From contig CAUZSN010000002.1 of NCBI GenBank assembly GCA_963582345.1, positions 206 to 64,205 on the forward strand: DNA of 64,000 bases. Direction: 5' to 3'. Below the pieces are notes generated by a model, which was given only the letters and a program-made list of their open reading frames with translations, did not search any database and was not told where the DNA came from. Source of the stretch: Planctomycetota bacterium (lineage in GTDB: Bacteria; Planctomycetota; Planctomycetia; Planctomycetales; Planctomycetaceae). Position numbers and translations under genes: made by a program. Of this stretch, positions 1 to 9,583 are shown piece by piece. Within the stretch, counting starts at the first letter, position 1, and each line of letters begins with the position of its first letter.

Positions 1-2
1 CG

Positions 3-1298
3 ATGGACTTGTTGCCCAGGTCTAGTCATTTCCCGGCCCGGGCCAAACGTGTGGTCATGCTAATGCAGTCGGGCGGTCCGAGTCATATGGACCTGTTCGA
101 CCCCAAACCGGATCTACACAGACGGCATTGCGAGGATGTGGCGATCGACAGCCTGCAAGGGCGCCCCCGCGAGCCGCTGATGGCTAGTCCATTCAGTTTT
201 CGCCCCAGGGGCGAGTCGGGAATTGCCTTCTCCGAGGTGGTGCCGCATTTAGGCTCCCAAGTGGACAACATGTGTGTGATTCGTTCGATGCATACGTTCG
301 ACCCATGTCATGCCGGTGCACCGTTGATTCTGTTTACCGGAAAGCTTGAATTCGGTCGACCGACCCTCGGTTCGTGGGTCAGCTACGCTCTGGGCACTGA
401 GAATCAAAACATGCCCGCTTTTGTCGTCCTTCCGGATGTTGAAGGCCACAACGCGGCGGGAGCGGCCTTGTGGGATAACGGCTGGCTTCCTGCTCTTTAT
501 CGCGGAACGGAATTCCGGCCCATCGGCTCGCCGGTTTTGAATCTTCATGCGGCCAAACCAATGGCCAAAGGGTCCGACCGACATGACTTGAACTTAATCA
601 GCAAGATGAACGAGCAGTATCGGCAGCATTTTCCGCACGTCTCGGAGTTGGAGACGCGCATTCGCAACTACGAGTTGGCAGCGAGGATGCAACTCGCAGC
701 GGGAAAACATCTCGACCTTTCGGGCGAAACGGCTGAGACACGACGACTCTACGGTCTGGATAACCCAGTCACAGAGGCGTATGGAACGCAGTGTCTGATG
801 GCGCGAAGGTTGCTTGAGGCCGGAGTTCGCTTCGTCCAGATTATGAACAAGCCTCGCAACACCTGGGACCACCATAGCCATCTTCGCAAGCGTCTTCCCG
901 AGACTTGCGCGGCCGTCGACCGGCCGTCGGCCGCGCTGATCGCGGACCTGAAGCGACGCGGTCTATTGGAAGACACAATTGTTGTGTGGATCGGTGAGTT
1001 CGGCCGCCTCCCGACTTCTCAGGGCGGTACCGGTCGCGATCACAATATGCACGGATTTACCGCCCTCGTTGCTGGCGGCGGTTTTAAGTCGGGGCATGTG
1101 CACGGTGCCACCGACGAAGTAGGATACCGCGCTGTAGTCGACAAGGTGAGCGTCATCGATTTACTTGCCACCATTCTTGGCCAGTTGGGGCTCGACCAGA
1201 ATAAGTTGACCTATAAACATAACAACCTTGAGGAATCGCTGACCGACTCAAGAGTCTCTAAATCGCGTGTCGTCACTGAACTGCTTGAAACGGCGTAA
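3..1298 (+). CDS. DUF1501 domain-containing protein (sulfatase fold; N-terminus probably cut by the window edge)
   Basis: 431-aa ORF with MQSGGPSHMDLFDPKP near the N-terminus and WIGEFGRLP...GRDHN near the C-terminus, typical of the planctomycete DUF1501 family. No twin-arginine leader is present, so the true start is probably upstream of base 1. Confidence 0.85.
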   Translation: MDLLPRSSHFPARAKRVVMLMQSGGPSHMDLFDPKPDLHRRHCEDVAIDSLQGRPREPLMASPFSFRPRGESGIAFSEVVPHLGSQVDNMCVIRSMHTFDPCHAGAPLILFTGKLEFGRPTLGSWVSYALGTENQNMPAFVVLPDVEGHNAAGAALWDNGWLPALYRGTEFRPIGSPVLNLHAAKPMAKGSDRHDLNLISKMNEQYRQHFPHVSELETRIRNYELAARMQLAAGKHLDLSGETAETRRLYGLDNPVTEAYGTQCLMARRLLEAGVRFVQIMNKPRNTWDHHSHLRKRLPETCAAVDRPSAALIADLKRRGLLEDTIVVWIGEFGRLPTSQGGTGRDHNMHGFTALVAGGGFKSGHVHGATDEVGYRAVVDKVSVIDLLATILGQLGLDQNKLTYKHNNLEESLTDSRVSKSRVVTELLETA

Positions 1299-1407
1299 CT
1301 TTCGGTCGAGGGCCATGTTCACCGTAGGGATTCAGGCATCATCGCACTGATAGATATGGCCTTTGGCCAAAAATGTGATGCTTGAACCCACATTCTTGAG
1401 ACAAAGC

Positions 1408-3177
1408 CTACTCAAATGGCCAGACCAACGGCGCAAGCAATACCGTGATTGCCCAAACAATTAAACTCAGCGGGCCGCCGATTCGCAGATAGTCGCTGTA
1501 GCGGTATCCACCAGGTCCGAAGACCATCAAATTAGTTTGATAGCCGATCGGCGTGGCAAAGCTGGCCGCGGCAGCGACCATCACGGCGATCGCGAATGCC
1601 ATATAGTCGACACCTAAATGGCTGGCTGTTGCCATCGCAATCGGAAAGATCAATACTGCCGCCGCCTTTGCGGTAATCAGATTTGTAAACAGCATTGTGA
1701 CCGCATAGATGACGGCTAGAATCAGATGTGGATGATCGCCGACCATCCCAATTGTGACATCGGCGATACTCTTGGCCGAGCCAGTCAACTCCAAGGCCTT
1801 GCCCAGGCCCAAACCTGCTCCAATGACCAATAGCACTCCCCAATCAATCGATCGCTTGGCTTCGCCGCCCAGACAGCATCGAGTGACAACCATAAGTCCG
1901 GCGGCCAGCATTGCGGTTTTGAGCATACTGATCAAACCGAACCCTACAACTACCACCATGCCCAGAAGTATCGATCGAGCCACCCAGGCCTGCTCGTAAC
2001 GTGGCGGTGTCGAATTCTCGAGCTCGCTGACCAGGAAAAAGTCGCGCGAATTGCGCTGCTGTTTCAGGAACGATCCGTGAGCTTCCAACAGCAGTGTATC
2101 TCCCGGGCAGATTTCGATATCGCCGATCTTCTTACGAATGCGTTGACCATTGCGAGCGACGGCGATCACAGCCGCGTTGTAGTGGCTGCGAAATTTCGCA
2201 TCGCGAATTGTCATGTGATTGAACGGATAACTGTTCGAAACAACTGCCTCGATCAAGCGACGCTCGGAACGCGGCTCGTCCAGTTGAAACAATTGATCGG
2301 CAGCGGTCTTTAACCCAGGGATTTTCTGTAAATCCACAACCGATTCGACGATCCCTACGAACACCAGCCGGTCGTTTGCCCACAACCGTTCGTCTGAAGA
2401 AACTGCGGCTAAGACGTGTCCCTCGCGGTCGATTTCCATTAAGTACATTCCCGGCAGATGTCGTAATCCCGCTTCTTCGATGGTTTTGTCGACGAGTGGT
2501 GAGCCAGGTTCGACCAGCATCTCGACCGAATACTCACGCGGGTCGTCTAGGGGAGTGATTGCCGGTTTGCGTTCGGGCAGAAGCCAACGAGCACAAACAG
2601 AAAGGTAAACAATCCCAACAACAGCGATTGGGAATCCGACTGCAGCGATTTCGAACATTCCCAACCGGTGACCATGTGTTTCAATCAATAATCCGTGTAC
2701 GACTAACGTAGTGCTGGTTCCGATCAGCGTGCACATTCCCCCCAGAATAGCTGCGTAACTAAGGGGCAGCAGCAGATGCGACACAGAAAGACGATGCTTC
2801 TTTGCCCAGTCGCTGATCACAGGCATCATCATGGCAACGACCGGAGTGTTGTTCAAGAAAGCGCTGGCCATGGCCGAAGGGATCATGACACGCGTTTGTG
2901 CCGCACCCAGAGACGTTGGCTGACCCAAGAGGTGCTGCCCTAGAAAGTTCAGCCCGCCAGTCTGCCGCAAGCCTTCCGCAACGACGAACAACGCCGCAAT
3001 GGTCACTAAACCCTCGTTGGCGAAACCTGCCAGTGCCTCTTGAGGTGTTATGATGCCAACGATTAGCAGCACGGTCAGCCCACCTAACAAAACTAAATCT
3101 GGTCCGCTGCGCAGCAAACAGAGCGCCAGGACCACTGCGACTAGAACGCCCAGTGTTATCGCAACCTGTGATTCCAT
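1408..3177 (-). CDS. SLC13/DASS-type anion permease with central TrkA-C (RCK_C) domains
   Basis: 589-aa ORF. Two hydrophobic halves (LNNTPVVAMMMPVISDW; SFATPIGYQTNLMVFGPGGY) flank a soluble insert (EPGSPLVDKTIEEAGLRHL; HMTIRDAKFRSHY), the layout of TrkA-C-containing SLC13 permeases. Confidence 0.85.
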   Translation of the reverse strand: MESQVAITLGVLVAVVLALCLLRSGPDLVLLGGLTVLLIVGIITPQEALAGFANEGLVTIAALFVVAEGLRQTGGLNFLGQHLLGQPTSLGAAQTRVMIPSAMASAFLNNTPVVAMMMPVISDWAKKHRLSVSHLLLPLSYAAILGGMCTLIGTSTTLVVHGLLIETHGHRLGMFEIAAVGFPIAVVGIVYLSVCARWLLPERKPAITPLDDPREYSVEMLVEPGSPLVDKTIEEAGLRHLPGMYLMEIDREGHVLAAVSSDERLWANDRLVFVGIVESVVDLQKIPGLKTAADQLFQLDEPRSERRLIEAVVSNSYPFNHMTIRDAKFRSHYNAAVIAVARNGQRIRKKIGDIEICPGDTLLLEAHGSFLKQQRNSRDFFLVSELENSTPPRYEQAWVARSILLGMVVVVGFGLISMLKTAMLAAGLMVVTRCCLGGEAKRSIDWGVLLVIGAGLGLGKALELTGSAKSIADVTIGMVGDHPHLILAVIYAVTMLFTNLITAKAAAVLIFPIAMATASHLGVDYMAFAIAVMVAAAASFATPIGYQTNLMVFGPGGYRYSDYLRIGGPLSLIVWAITVLLAPLVWPFE

Positions 3178-3370
3178 GTCATTCCGTCTCGATCTTGTCC
3201 GCGAACAAAGATGAAGTCATCCAAGTAGCCGTCACGCTCCGAGCTTGTGACCCGATTCACTCGGGCCTTCGCGACTAAAGGCGGACACTATAAATAAACA
3301 TTTCACGCTATGCCTGAAGCGGCCTCATTACGCGGAGTGAGACGGCTACTTTGATTTTTATTGCCCCGCA

Positions 3371-4375
3371 TTATTCCGTATCAGCTGGCAGAACCCTTGT
3401 AGTTTGTGCAGCTTCTAGCACTCGATCGTGCAATAAGCCATTTGTTACGATGACACCTCGATTGGCTACGAGTTCGCGCCCGTGTGTGAAATCTAACAGT
3501 TCTCCGTTTGCATCCGTCACCGTACCGCCAGCTTCTTCGACAATCAACACGCCTGCGGCATGGTCCCAGATGTTCTCGTAGTAGTTGTCTCGAGTAGGCA
3601 ACCTTAAATAGACATCTGCTTCACCGCGAGCCACGACGGCATACTTGGCTTGACTGTCCATTCGGACCGCCGGTCGTGTTACTCCCAGGTCTTGTGCCAT
3701 CACCTTAGATCGGTCGTGCGCTGTATGGGCAGATTCGACCGATTCACATAGCTGAATGTCAGAGAAATCGTCCGTTTGACTCACACGAATTCCGACCGGA
3801 TGTTTGAAACTGTGGAACGGCATCACGTAGCTTCCCTGGCCGCGAATTGCAAAAAACATCGCACCACACGGTTGTTCGGAATTCGGCTGAAGCGGTAATT
3901 TTGGACAACCCAGGACACCAACTTTAATTTTTCCCTCAACAATCAAGGCCAGTGAAATTGCATATTGTTCACCGCGTAAGAATCCCTTAGTGCCGTCGAT
4001 TGGATCAAGAGTCCAAAAACGATCGGAATAATGTTCAGCTCGTCCACGATCGATCCAACCGCAAATTTCGTCGAGGTCAGACGAAATGCTCAGCTGGTTG
4101 AACTCGTCGACAATTAGTTCGGAGAAATCAACGTTCTGTTGTCGTCTTAATTCCGACGAATCCTCTTCGCCCACAATCGGATCGTCCGGAAACTCGGCTG
4201 CGAGCTGCCGGCAGATGAGGGCTTGGCTGCTGAAATCAGCCACTGTCACTGGACTGCAATCGTGTTTTTGCAGCACATCGTTGGCGATGCCCGCCTGAAT
4301 GCGACGACAGACTGTCGTCGCCGTACGCACGGCTTCAACGGCAACTCGATGTTCACGCTCAAAAGATTGAGTCAT
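3371..4375 (-). CDS. 3'(2'),5'-bisphosphate nucleotidase (HAL2/SAL1-type, inositol monophosphatase superfamily)
   Basis: 334-aa ORF with the FWTLDPIDGTKGF and WDHAAGVLIVEEAGGTV motifs of the IMPase/PAP-phosphatase family. Confidence 0.8.
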   Translation of the reverse strand: MTQSFEREHRVAVEAVRTATTVCRRIQAGIANDVLQKHDCSPVTVADFSSQALICRQLAAEFPDDPIVGEEDSSELRRQQNVDFSELIVDEFNQLSISSDLDEICGWIDRGRAEHYSDRFWTLDPIDGTKGFLRGEQYAISLALIVEGKIKVGVLGCPKLPLQPNSEQPCGAMFFAIRGQGSYVMPFHSFKHPVGIRVSQTDDFSDIQLCESVESAHTAHDRSKVMAQDLGVTRPAVRMDSQAKYAVVARGEADVYLRLPTRDNYYENIWDHAAGVLIVEEAGGTVTDANGELLDFTHGRELVANRGVIVTNGLLHDRVLEAAQTTRVLPADTE

Positions 4376-4606
4376 CCACGGACTCTACCGATCACGCTGG
4401 TTGTGGTTTTTCTACGCACCTAAGAATTCAGAACGGATCCGAGAGGCGGAGTATAACGAATTGACTGAAACGTGCCGATGTGAAGCTGAAAAATTACAAG
4501 TGATTCGACCAGAATAATCTGCATCTGAATGGTTTCATGAGACACCGGTTGACTTGACCCAGATAGCCTGTCCAGCTTCAATGGCGACACGCGACAAGAG
4601 ACACGA

Positions 4607-5413
4607 GTGACGGGAATTGTGAAACGGATCAAGATCAGCGGCGCAGAGCTGAATGTCGTCGATCGTGGACAGGGACCTCCCATTCTGTTCGTCCACGGAT
4701 TTCCACTTAGTCATTCGATGTGGCAAGCGCAACTCAATGAGCTCGAAGACGACTTTCGCGTGATTGCGCCTGATCTACGCGGATTTGGCCAAAGCAGCAT
4801 GGCCAATGGCACGGTGACTATGGACCAATTCGCCGACGATTTAAATGCTCTGATCGATGCGCTGGATGTGCGCGAACCGATTTCGTTTTGCGGACATTCG
4901 ATGGGCGGCTACATCGCTTGGCAATTTGTGCAAAAGTACAGCAAGCGCCTGCGGTCCTTAATTCTGTGCAACACACGAGCGGTTGCCGATACGGTGGAGG
5001 TGGCTGAGAGACGACGTAAGTTGGCAGTACGTGTGATTCAACAGGGGCCTAAGGTCGTTGCGACGGCGCTCATTTCCAGATTGTTCGCTGAATCCACTAT
5101 TAAACGGCGCAGCGAAGTCATCCAAAGCGTACGGGACATGATTCATTCCACAGAGCCAAGAAGCATCGCTGTCGTATTGCACGGAATGGCGGAACGTCCT
5201 GATTCGCGTGACATCTTATCACGCATCAAAGTTCCAACATTAGTTGTGGTAGGGGAACAAGACATAATTGCGACGGCAACCGAGATGAAACAAATCGCCG
5301 AGTCCATCGACCAGTCCGAATTCGTCGTGATCGCAGAATCCGGACATATGTCTCCAATGGAAATGCCTAATCCTGTTAACTCAGCGATAAGGCGATTCCT
5401 CAATCGTCATTAA
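4607..5413 (+). CDS. alpha/beta-hydrolase fold protein
   Basis: 268-aa ORF with a GTG start (alternative GTG at 4619). Contains LFVHGFPLSHSMW, the nucleophile elbow GHSMGG, and a C-terminal ESGHM catalytic-His region. Confidence 0.85.
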   Translation: MTGIVKRIKISGAELNVVDRGQGPPILFVHGFPLSHSMWQAQLNELEDDFRVIAPDLRGFGQSSMANGTVTMDQFADDLNALIDALDVREPISFCGHSMGGYIAWQFVQKYSKRLRSLILCNTRAVADTVEVAERRRKLAVRVIQQGPKVVATALISRLFAESTIKRRSEVIQSVRDMIHSTEPRSIAVVLHGMAERPDSRDILSRIKVPTLVVVGEQDIIATATEMKQIAESIDQSEFVVIAESGHMSPMEMPNPVNSAIRRFLNRH

Positions 5414-5434
5414 TGTCGAGTTTCCACATGATGA

Positions 5435-5743
5435 CTACTCAAGTATACGAACCAAGAAGTCAAACGTGCTGTTAGTTTTTGTGAGGCCATTAGCAATATT
5501 TCGGCGTATGGTGAAGTATCGGTCTGTAGTTGTGGGAGCGTTACGCAAAACCATTTGAACCGGATATTTAAGAATGGCCATAATACGGCTGCTCTCGCGA
5601 CGTGTTTGGCAATAGTCCGAATTGTCCTTGTTCATCTTCTCATGGAACAACGGCAGAAGGCGAGAGGGAAACCTCTTGAAATTTCTGTGTACGGTTGCGA
5701 TAACTGGGTGTGATATGGTGGTGTGTCGATTGACACAAATCAA
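5435..5743 (-). pseudogene. possible tyrosine-recombinase (integrase) C-terminal relic
   Basis: The translation ...LPLFHEKMN...ILKYPVQMVLRNAPTTTDRYFTI resembles the HxLRH...VQELLGHASxxTTxxYTH C-terminus of phage-type integrases but is degenerate. It has no N-terminal or catalytic Arg region and lies next to tRNA-Pro. Confidence 0.25.
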
Positions 5744-5771
5744 TCTCAGACATCCGAGATCGGCAGCACGA

Positions 5772-5846
5772 CGGGACGTGGCGCAGCTTGGCTAGCGCGC
5801 TTGACTGGGGGTCAAGAGGTCGCAGGTTCGAATCCTGTCGTCCCGA
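5772..5846 (+). tRNA. tRNA-Pro (anticodon GGG)
   Basis: Hand-folded 75-nt cloverleaf. Acceptor CGGGACG/CGTCCCG, D arm GCGC-AGCTTGGCTA-GCGC, anticodon arm CTTGA-CTGGGGG-TCAAG (U33 then GGG), variable loop AGGTC, T arm GCAGG-TTCGAAT-CCTGT, discriminator A. CCA is not encoded. Confidence 0.93.
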
Positions 5847-5849
5847 TTC
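5828..5849 (+). repeat. tRNA-Pro 3' end segment that recurs imperfectly at 6913-6932 (att-like direct repeat)
   Basis: TCGAATCCTGTCGTCCCGATTC (5828-5849) versus TTGATCCTACGTCCAGATTC (6913-6932). My hand alignment gives 17 matches, 3 mismatches and 2 single-nt gaps, and it includes the 3 nt past the tRNA end. Confidence 0.3.
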
Positions 5850-6516
5850 TTTAAGTCTCGTTGTGTCCAGGAGTTACGACACGGATATTCTTTTGTGCAT
5901 AAGGCGTGAGTAGCAGTTGTAACGCTTCCCGATAGCTTCGCAATCCTCCGGAGGATGGCCCGAAACAACTTACGAGGGATGGCCACCTCGGCCAGTTGAA
6001 ACGTCACGTATGTCGCACGGCCTTGGTCACTACCCGGTGTGGTGGACCACCGATCTTCTCGCTTGATCAATTGGCGGTAGCTCGAGTTTAATTCTCCTGT
6101 TATGGTGTTCTCCAGCATCTCACGAGCGCAAACACCCTGGTGACACTGAAACGAGCGTCAGGCACTGTTATTTTGGAGGCAATTAACTTGGTAGGTCCGC
6201 AAGGTGAGACAATTCAGCCGATAAGGATTCGTGCGCCCGAGTAGCCACCTGGGAAACTCTCGGACAAAAAGGCCATTTTCCACGAGTGTTTGGCCGTTTT
6301 TTAAATCGACTCGAAAATCGCCATGTTGCAGGCTGGTGATTGGCGGCATAGTCATGGTTGCGAGAGAGTTCAAGTTCAGCGCGTATTCCGATACTGCCGA
6401 TTGGTAACAGGATCAGTTGGTGAATGAACTAACTTGACCAATTAAGAATTCGAGTAGTAGAGAAGTGATTGCATTCTGTTTTGGAAGTTGCCCTAGGAAG
6501 ACACAAGATCGGCGCG

Positions 6517-6783
6517 ATGAATGAATTAGAAATGCGACAGGTTTACGTCGAGATTCAGCCGGGAGACCGTGTTGAAGTGATTCACCGCCTGAAGATCGGT
6601 TTTCGAGAACACGACACGTGCACGGTTGGGACGGTTGTTAAGAAGGAGCGACTCGAGTATGGCGAGCGGAATTGGGACGACAAGTACTGGTTTGACCACC
6701 TGCTGCTCAGAAAGGACGACGATGAGTTGACATCGTTGACGATGGACGAATACACGCAGCTAACGCGACTGGATCCAGAATAA
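6517..6783 (+). CDS. hypothetical protein (88 aa)
   Basis: ORF MNELEMRQVYVEIQPGDRVEVIHRLKIG... with balanced composition and no motif I recognise. The start is taken at the ATG at 6517 inside the 6469 ORF. Confidence 0.45.
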   Translation: MNELEMRQVYVEIQPGDRVEVIHRLKIGFREHDTCTVGTVVKKERLEYGERNWDDKYWFDHLLLRKDDDELTSLTMDEYTQLTRLDPE

Positions 6784-7008
6784 GCCAGAGAGGGTGGCAG
6801 GCATGGTAAAAAAAGGCGTGCTTGGCCACCAAGCCCACTGTCTTCGAATTTTATTCGAAGTGATTGTACACATGCCTACTCAAAAATCGCTTAGCCATCA
6901 CAGCTGCGTTTTTTGATCCTACGTCCAGATTCAGTGGCCTGTCTGAGGTGTTTGCCTCCAAAATAACAGTGCCCGATGTTCGTTTCAGTTTGTTTACCTT
7001 GCGAGGTT

Positions 7009-8901
7009 TTAGAGTATCAGCGGCGACCGTGTTTGAGCCAGTTCTGTCATGAAACCTTGAACCCGTTCGGTCATCTCTTCGGCATCGGGAGTCAGTCCGT
7101 CCAGTATGAGCGCGTTCGAAAACAGTTGCTGGCCACAAGTCTTGATGAAGGCGTCATGCTTGGAGTTGGAACTCAGCGCACTCAACCTTTCGATCAGCGG
7201 GGACTTGTGATTGATCTCGAATATCCGTTTCGTGATCTGAAAGTTCTGGTTGGTCATGCTCAGAACTTTCTGCATTTGCGAACTGGCCGATCCTTGTGGG
7301 TTTACCAAACAGCACGGACTATCGGTCAGCCGAGACGATTCACGCACGTTTTCGACTTGCTCTCCCAGAGCTTCTCGGAATAGATTGAGCACTTTTTGAA
7401 AACCGGATAGGCTAGCGTCTTCTTGCTTCTTGACGTCTGACGCAGCATCGTTTTCAGTCTTCGGAAATTCGACGTCGGCTGAGTCGATCGAAATCAATGT
7501 CCTTTCATTATGCTTGCGCAAGTGTGACAAGGCGAATTCGTCGACAGGATCATTGAGATATAGGACTTCCAGATTCTTCTTGCGGAAGATTTCGAGATTC
7601 GGATTCTTCCGAATCGATTTCAGGTCACGGCCGCCGATGTAGTAAATCTGTTTCTGATCGTCGTCGGCGCGTTGAACGTATTCATCTAATGAAGTCATTT
7701 TTTCCGGGTCGTCGAACTGCGAACTCCGAAAGCGCAACAGGCTTCCGATTGTCTTACAGTTCTCGAAGTCACTGTGCACACCTTCGCGCAGGCTCGGTCC
7801 GAATTGTCGGTAGAAGGTCGAATAATCGTCCGGGGATTCTTCCGACAGAGTTTGCAAGTGACCAAGAACGCGTTTGACCAGCACCTTTCGAATCTTGCGG
7901 AATACGGAGTTGTCCTGCAACGTTTCGCGCGAAACATTCAACGGCAGGTCGTCCGAATCGACCAGCCCGTGCAGGAACCGCAAGTATTCTGGCAACAAAT
8001 CGCGATTGTCATTTTGCACAAGAATTCGCTTCGCGCATAAATGTAATCCGTGTTCCGTCAAGCCAAAACCCAGCAATTCCAAATTCGACTTGGGACAGTA
8101 CAGTATCGCGTGAAATTGAAACGGCGTGTCGCTGGAAAGATGAATGTGCCACAGCGGACTTTCATCAGTTCGGTGTGTCAAGTACTGGTAAAAACTATCG
8201 TACTGATCGGCATCTAATTGGCTCTTGGGTTCGACCCAAATCGGCCGCTGTTCATTGACGCGTTCATTGCCGAGTTTGATGGGATGGGGCACAAACGTAG
8301 AGTATTGGTTTAAGATGATTTTTAATCGTTCCGATTGAGTGAAATCATCCAAGTCTTTCTTCAGGTGCAGACGCACTTGGGTCCCGCGGGATAGGTCGTT
8401 GGCCGGTTCGATGGAGAACGTGCCGGTGCCATCGGATTCCCAGCGAAAGCCCGATTCGTCTTGATAGCTGCGTGTCAGAACTTCGACTTTCTCAGCCAAC
8501 ATAAATGCCGAATAGAAACCAACGCCAAATTGACCGATCAGCGACAGATTACTTTTTGAGTCGCCAGAAATATTCTTGAGGAAGTCCAGGGATCCGCTGT
8601 GTGCAATCGTGCCTAGACTTTGCACCAAATCGTCGCGCGTCATGCCGATGCCGTTATCACAAATTGTCAATGTGTGGTCGTCCACATTCGGCTCGACCGA
8701 GATTTCCAGCGACTCATCGGAGCTCAACGTGTTGTCGGTCAATGTCAGATGACGAAACTTATCGATTGCGTCGGAAGCATTCGAAATGAGTTCGCGAATG
8801 GCGATTTCTTTATTTTGATAGAGCGAATGAGACAACAAATGCAACAGTTGCTTGATTTCCGTCTGAAACGAAAAATTTTGTTGCTTGGTATCTGTAGTCA
8901 T
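7009..8901 (-). CDS. htpG: molecular chaperone HtpG (Hsp90)
   Basis: Contains ELISNASDAIDKFR and IGQFGVGFYSAFM (GHKL ATPase) plus full-length Hsp90 middle and C domains. The start is set at ATG 8901 (MTTDTKQQNFSFQTEIKQLL...), because the 45 upstream codons of the ORF look non-coding. Confidence 0.95.
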   Translation of the reverse strand: MTTDTKQQNFSFQTEIKQLLHLLSHSLYQNKEIAIRELISNASDAIDKFRHLTLTDNTLSSDESLEISVEPNVDDHTLTICDNGIGMTRDDLVQSLGTIAHSGSLDFLKNISGDSKSNLSLIGQFGVGFYSAFMLAEKVEVLTRSYQDESGFRWESDGTGTFSIEPANDLSRGTQVRLHLKKDLDDFTQSERLKIILNQYSTFVPHPIKLGNERVNEQRPIWVEPKSQLDADQYDSFYQYLTHRTDESPLWHIHLSSDTPFQFHAILYCPKSNLELLGFGLTEHGLHLCAKRILVQNDNRDLLPEYLRFLHGLVDSDDLPLNVSRETLQDNSVFRKIRKVLVKRVLGHLQTLSEESPDDYSTFYRQFGPSLREGVHSDFENCKTIGSLLRFRSSQFDDPEKMTSLDEYVQRADDDQKQIYYIGGRDLKSIRKNPNLEIFRKKNLEVLYLNDPVDEFALSHLRKHNERTLISIDSADVEFPKTENDAASDVKKQEDASLSGFQKVLNLFREALGEQVENVRESSRLTDSPCCLVNPQGSASSQMQKVLSMTNQNFQITKRIFEINHKSPLIERLSALSSNSKHDAFIKTCGQQLFSNALILDGLTPDAEEMTERVQGFMTELAQTRSPLIL

Positions 8902-9132
8902 CGGCAACACTCCATAATCACTCGGCTTTGTCAGACAAAAGAAATATGGGTTTCGAGATTTTCCAAAAGGGGCTTGCCAGATACTGATCAGTGGAGGAAA
9001 ACCAAACAGCATCCGGATAATTTCGTGGAAAACCAAGCGGTCGATATTGTTCGAATAGTCATTGGAATATCAAGTCTTTGTGAAGGCGAAAATCCAGGAC
9101 GTTGGATGTCAGCAAATACAACAGTGATGATA

Positions 9133-9483
9133 TCATCCCGGCCAAGGTTCATCATTGCGAATATAGACACCATCCTTTAACCCACTGAAGAAGTGCGACA
9201 ACAATGGATGCTCGATTGGCAGTCCATGTGAATCGGCAGCGAGGTTTTTCGATGCGGCATAGGTGCAGGTCGATGATCCGTCGACGAGTACGTGGTACCA
9301 CGGCTGTTGGCGGTCCGGTTGTGTTTGATTCTTGTAGTACCACTCGTCGTTGGCCTGGCAGAATTCATCGCGGCTAACGACGACTCCACGATAGCCGTAA
9401 CGCCGATGATGAACCAGTTGCCCCGGATCGAAGATCGGTTGCTCACTGGTGGAATCTGATGAAAGTCTATCGATCGCAATCAT
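9133..9483 (-). CDS. hspQ: heat-shock protein HspQ / YccV-like hemimethylated-DNA-binding domain protein
   Basis: Contains FDPGQLVHHRRYGYRGVVV...QPWYHVLV, the YccV/HspQ signature. The ATG at 9483 is preferred over the GTG at 9531. Confidence 0.8.
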   Translation of the reverse strand: MIAIDRLSSDSTSEQPIFDPGQLVHHRRYGYRGVVVSRDEFCQANDEWYYKNQTQPDRQQPWYHVLVDGSSTCTYAASKNLAADSHGLPIEHPLLSHFFSGLKDGVYIRNDEPWPG

Positions 9484-9542
9484 TATCGGCAGGGTTTCCT
9501 GTCTTGGAATTGATAGAAGAACAGAGGTCACTCTTCGGACCT

Positions 9543-9583
9543 TTAGTGCTAAGTCCGTGCGAGTCTACCATAGTTAATGCTAA
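9543..9583 (-). promoter_or_regulatory. two 10-nt direct repeats TTAGCA(C/T)TAA in the hspQ leader
   Basis: On the coding (minus) strand, TTAGCATTAA (9583-9574) and TTAGCACTAA (9552-9543) are 9/10 identical and 31 nt apart start to start. They are followed by the inverted repeat AGGTC-N8-GACCT (9541-9524, minus-strand 5' to 3'). The repeat resembles a CIRCE half-site. Confidence 0.3.

Noticed and set aside
6158-6373. 71-codon ORF in the tRNA-Pro-adjacent segment
   Set aside because: It has no recognisable motif or clear ribosome-binding site. It could be element cargo, but I cannot support it as a gene.
8930-8975. Sigma-32-type promoter upstream of htpG (CCCATATTT as -10)
   Set aside because: The only TTGGAAA-like -35 lies 10 nt away, which is too close for an RpoH-type promoter.
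9524-9552. Canonical CIRCE (HrcA operator) upstream of hspQ
   Set aside because: The left arm TTAGCACTA matches 8/9, but the right arm (GAGTGACCT) matches only 5/9. It is kept only as a direct-repeat observation.
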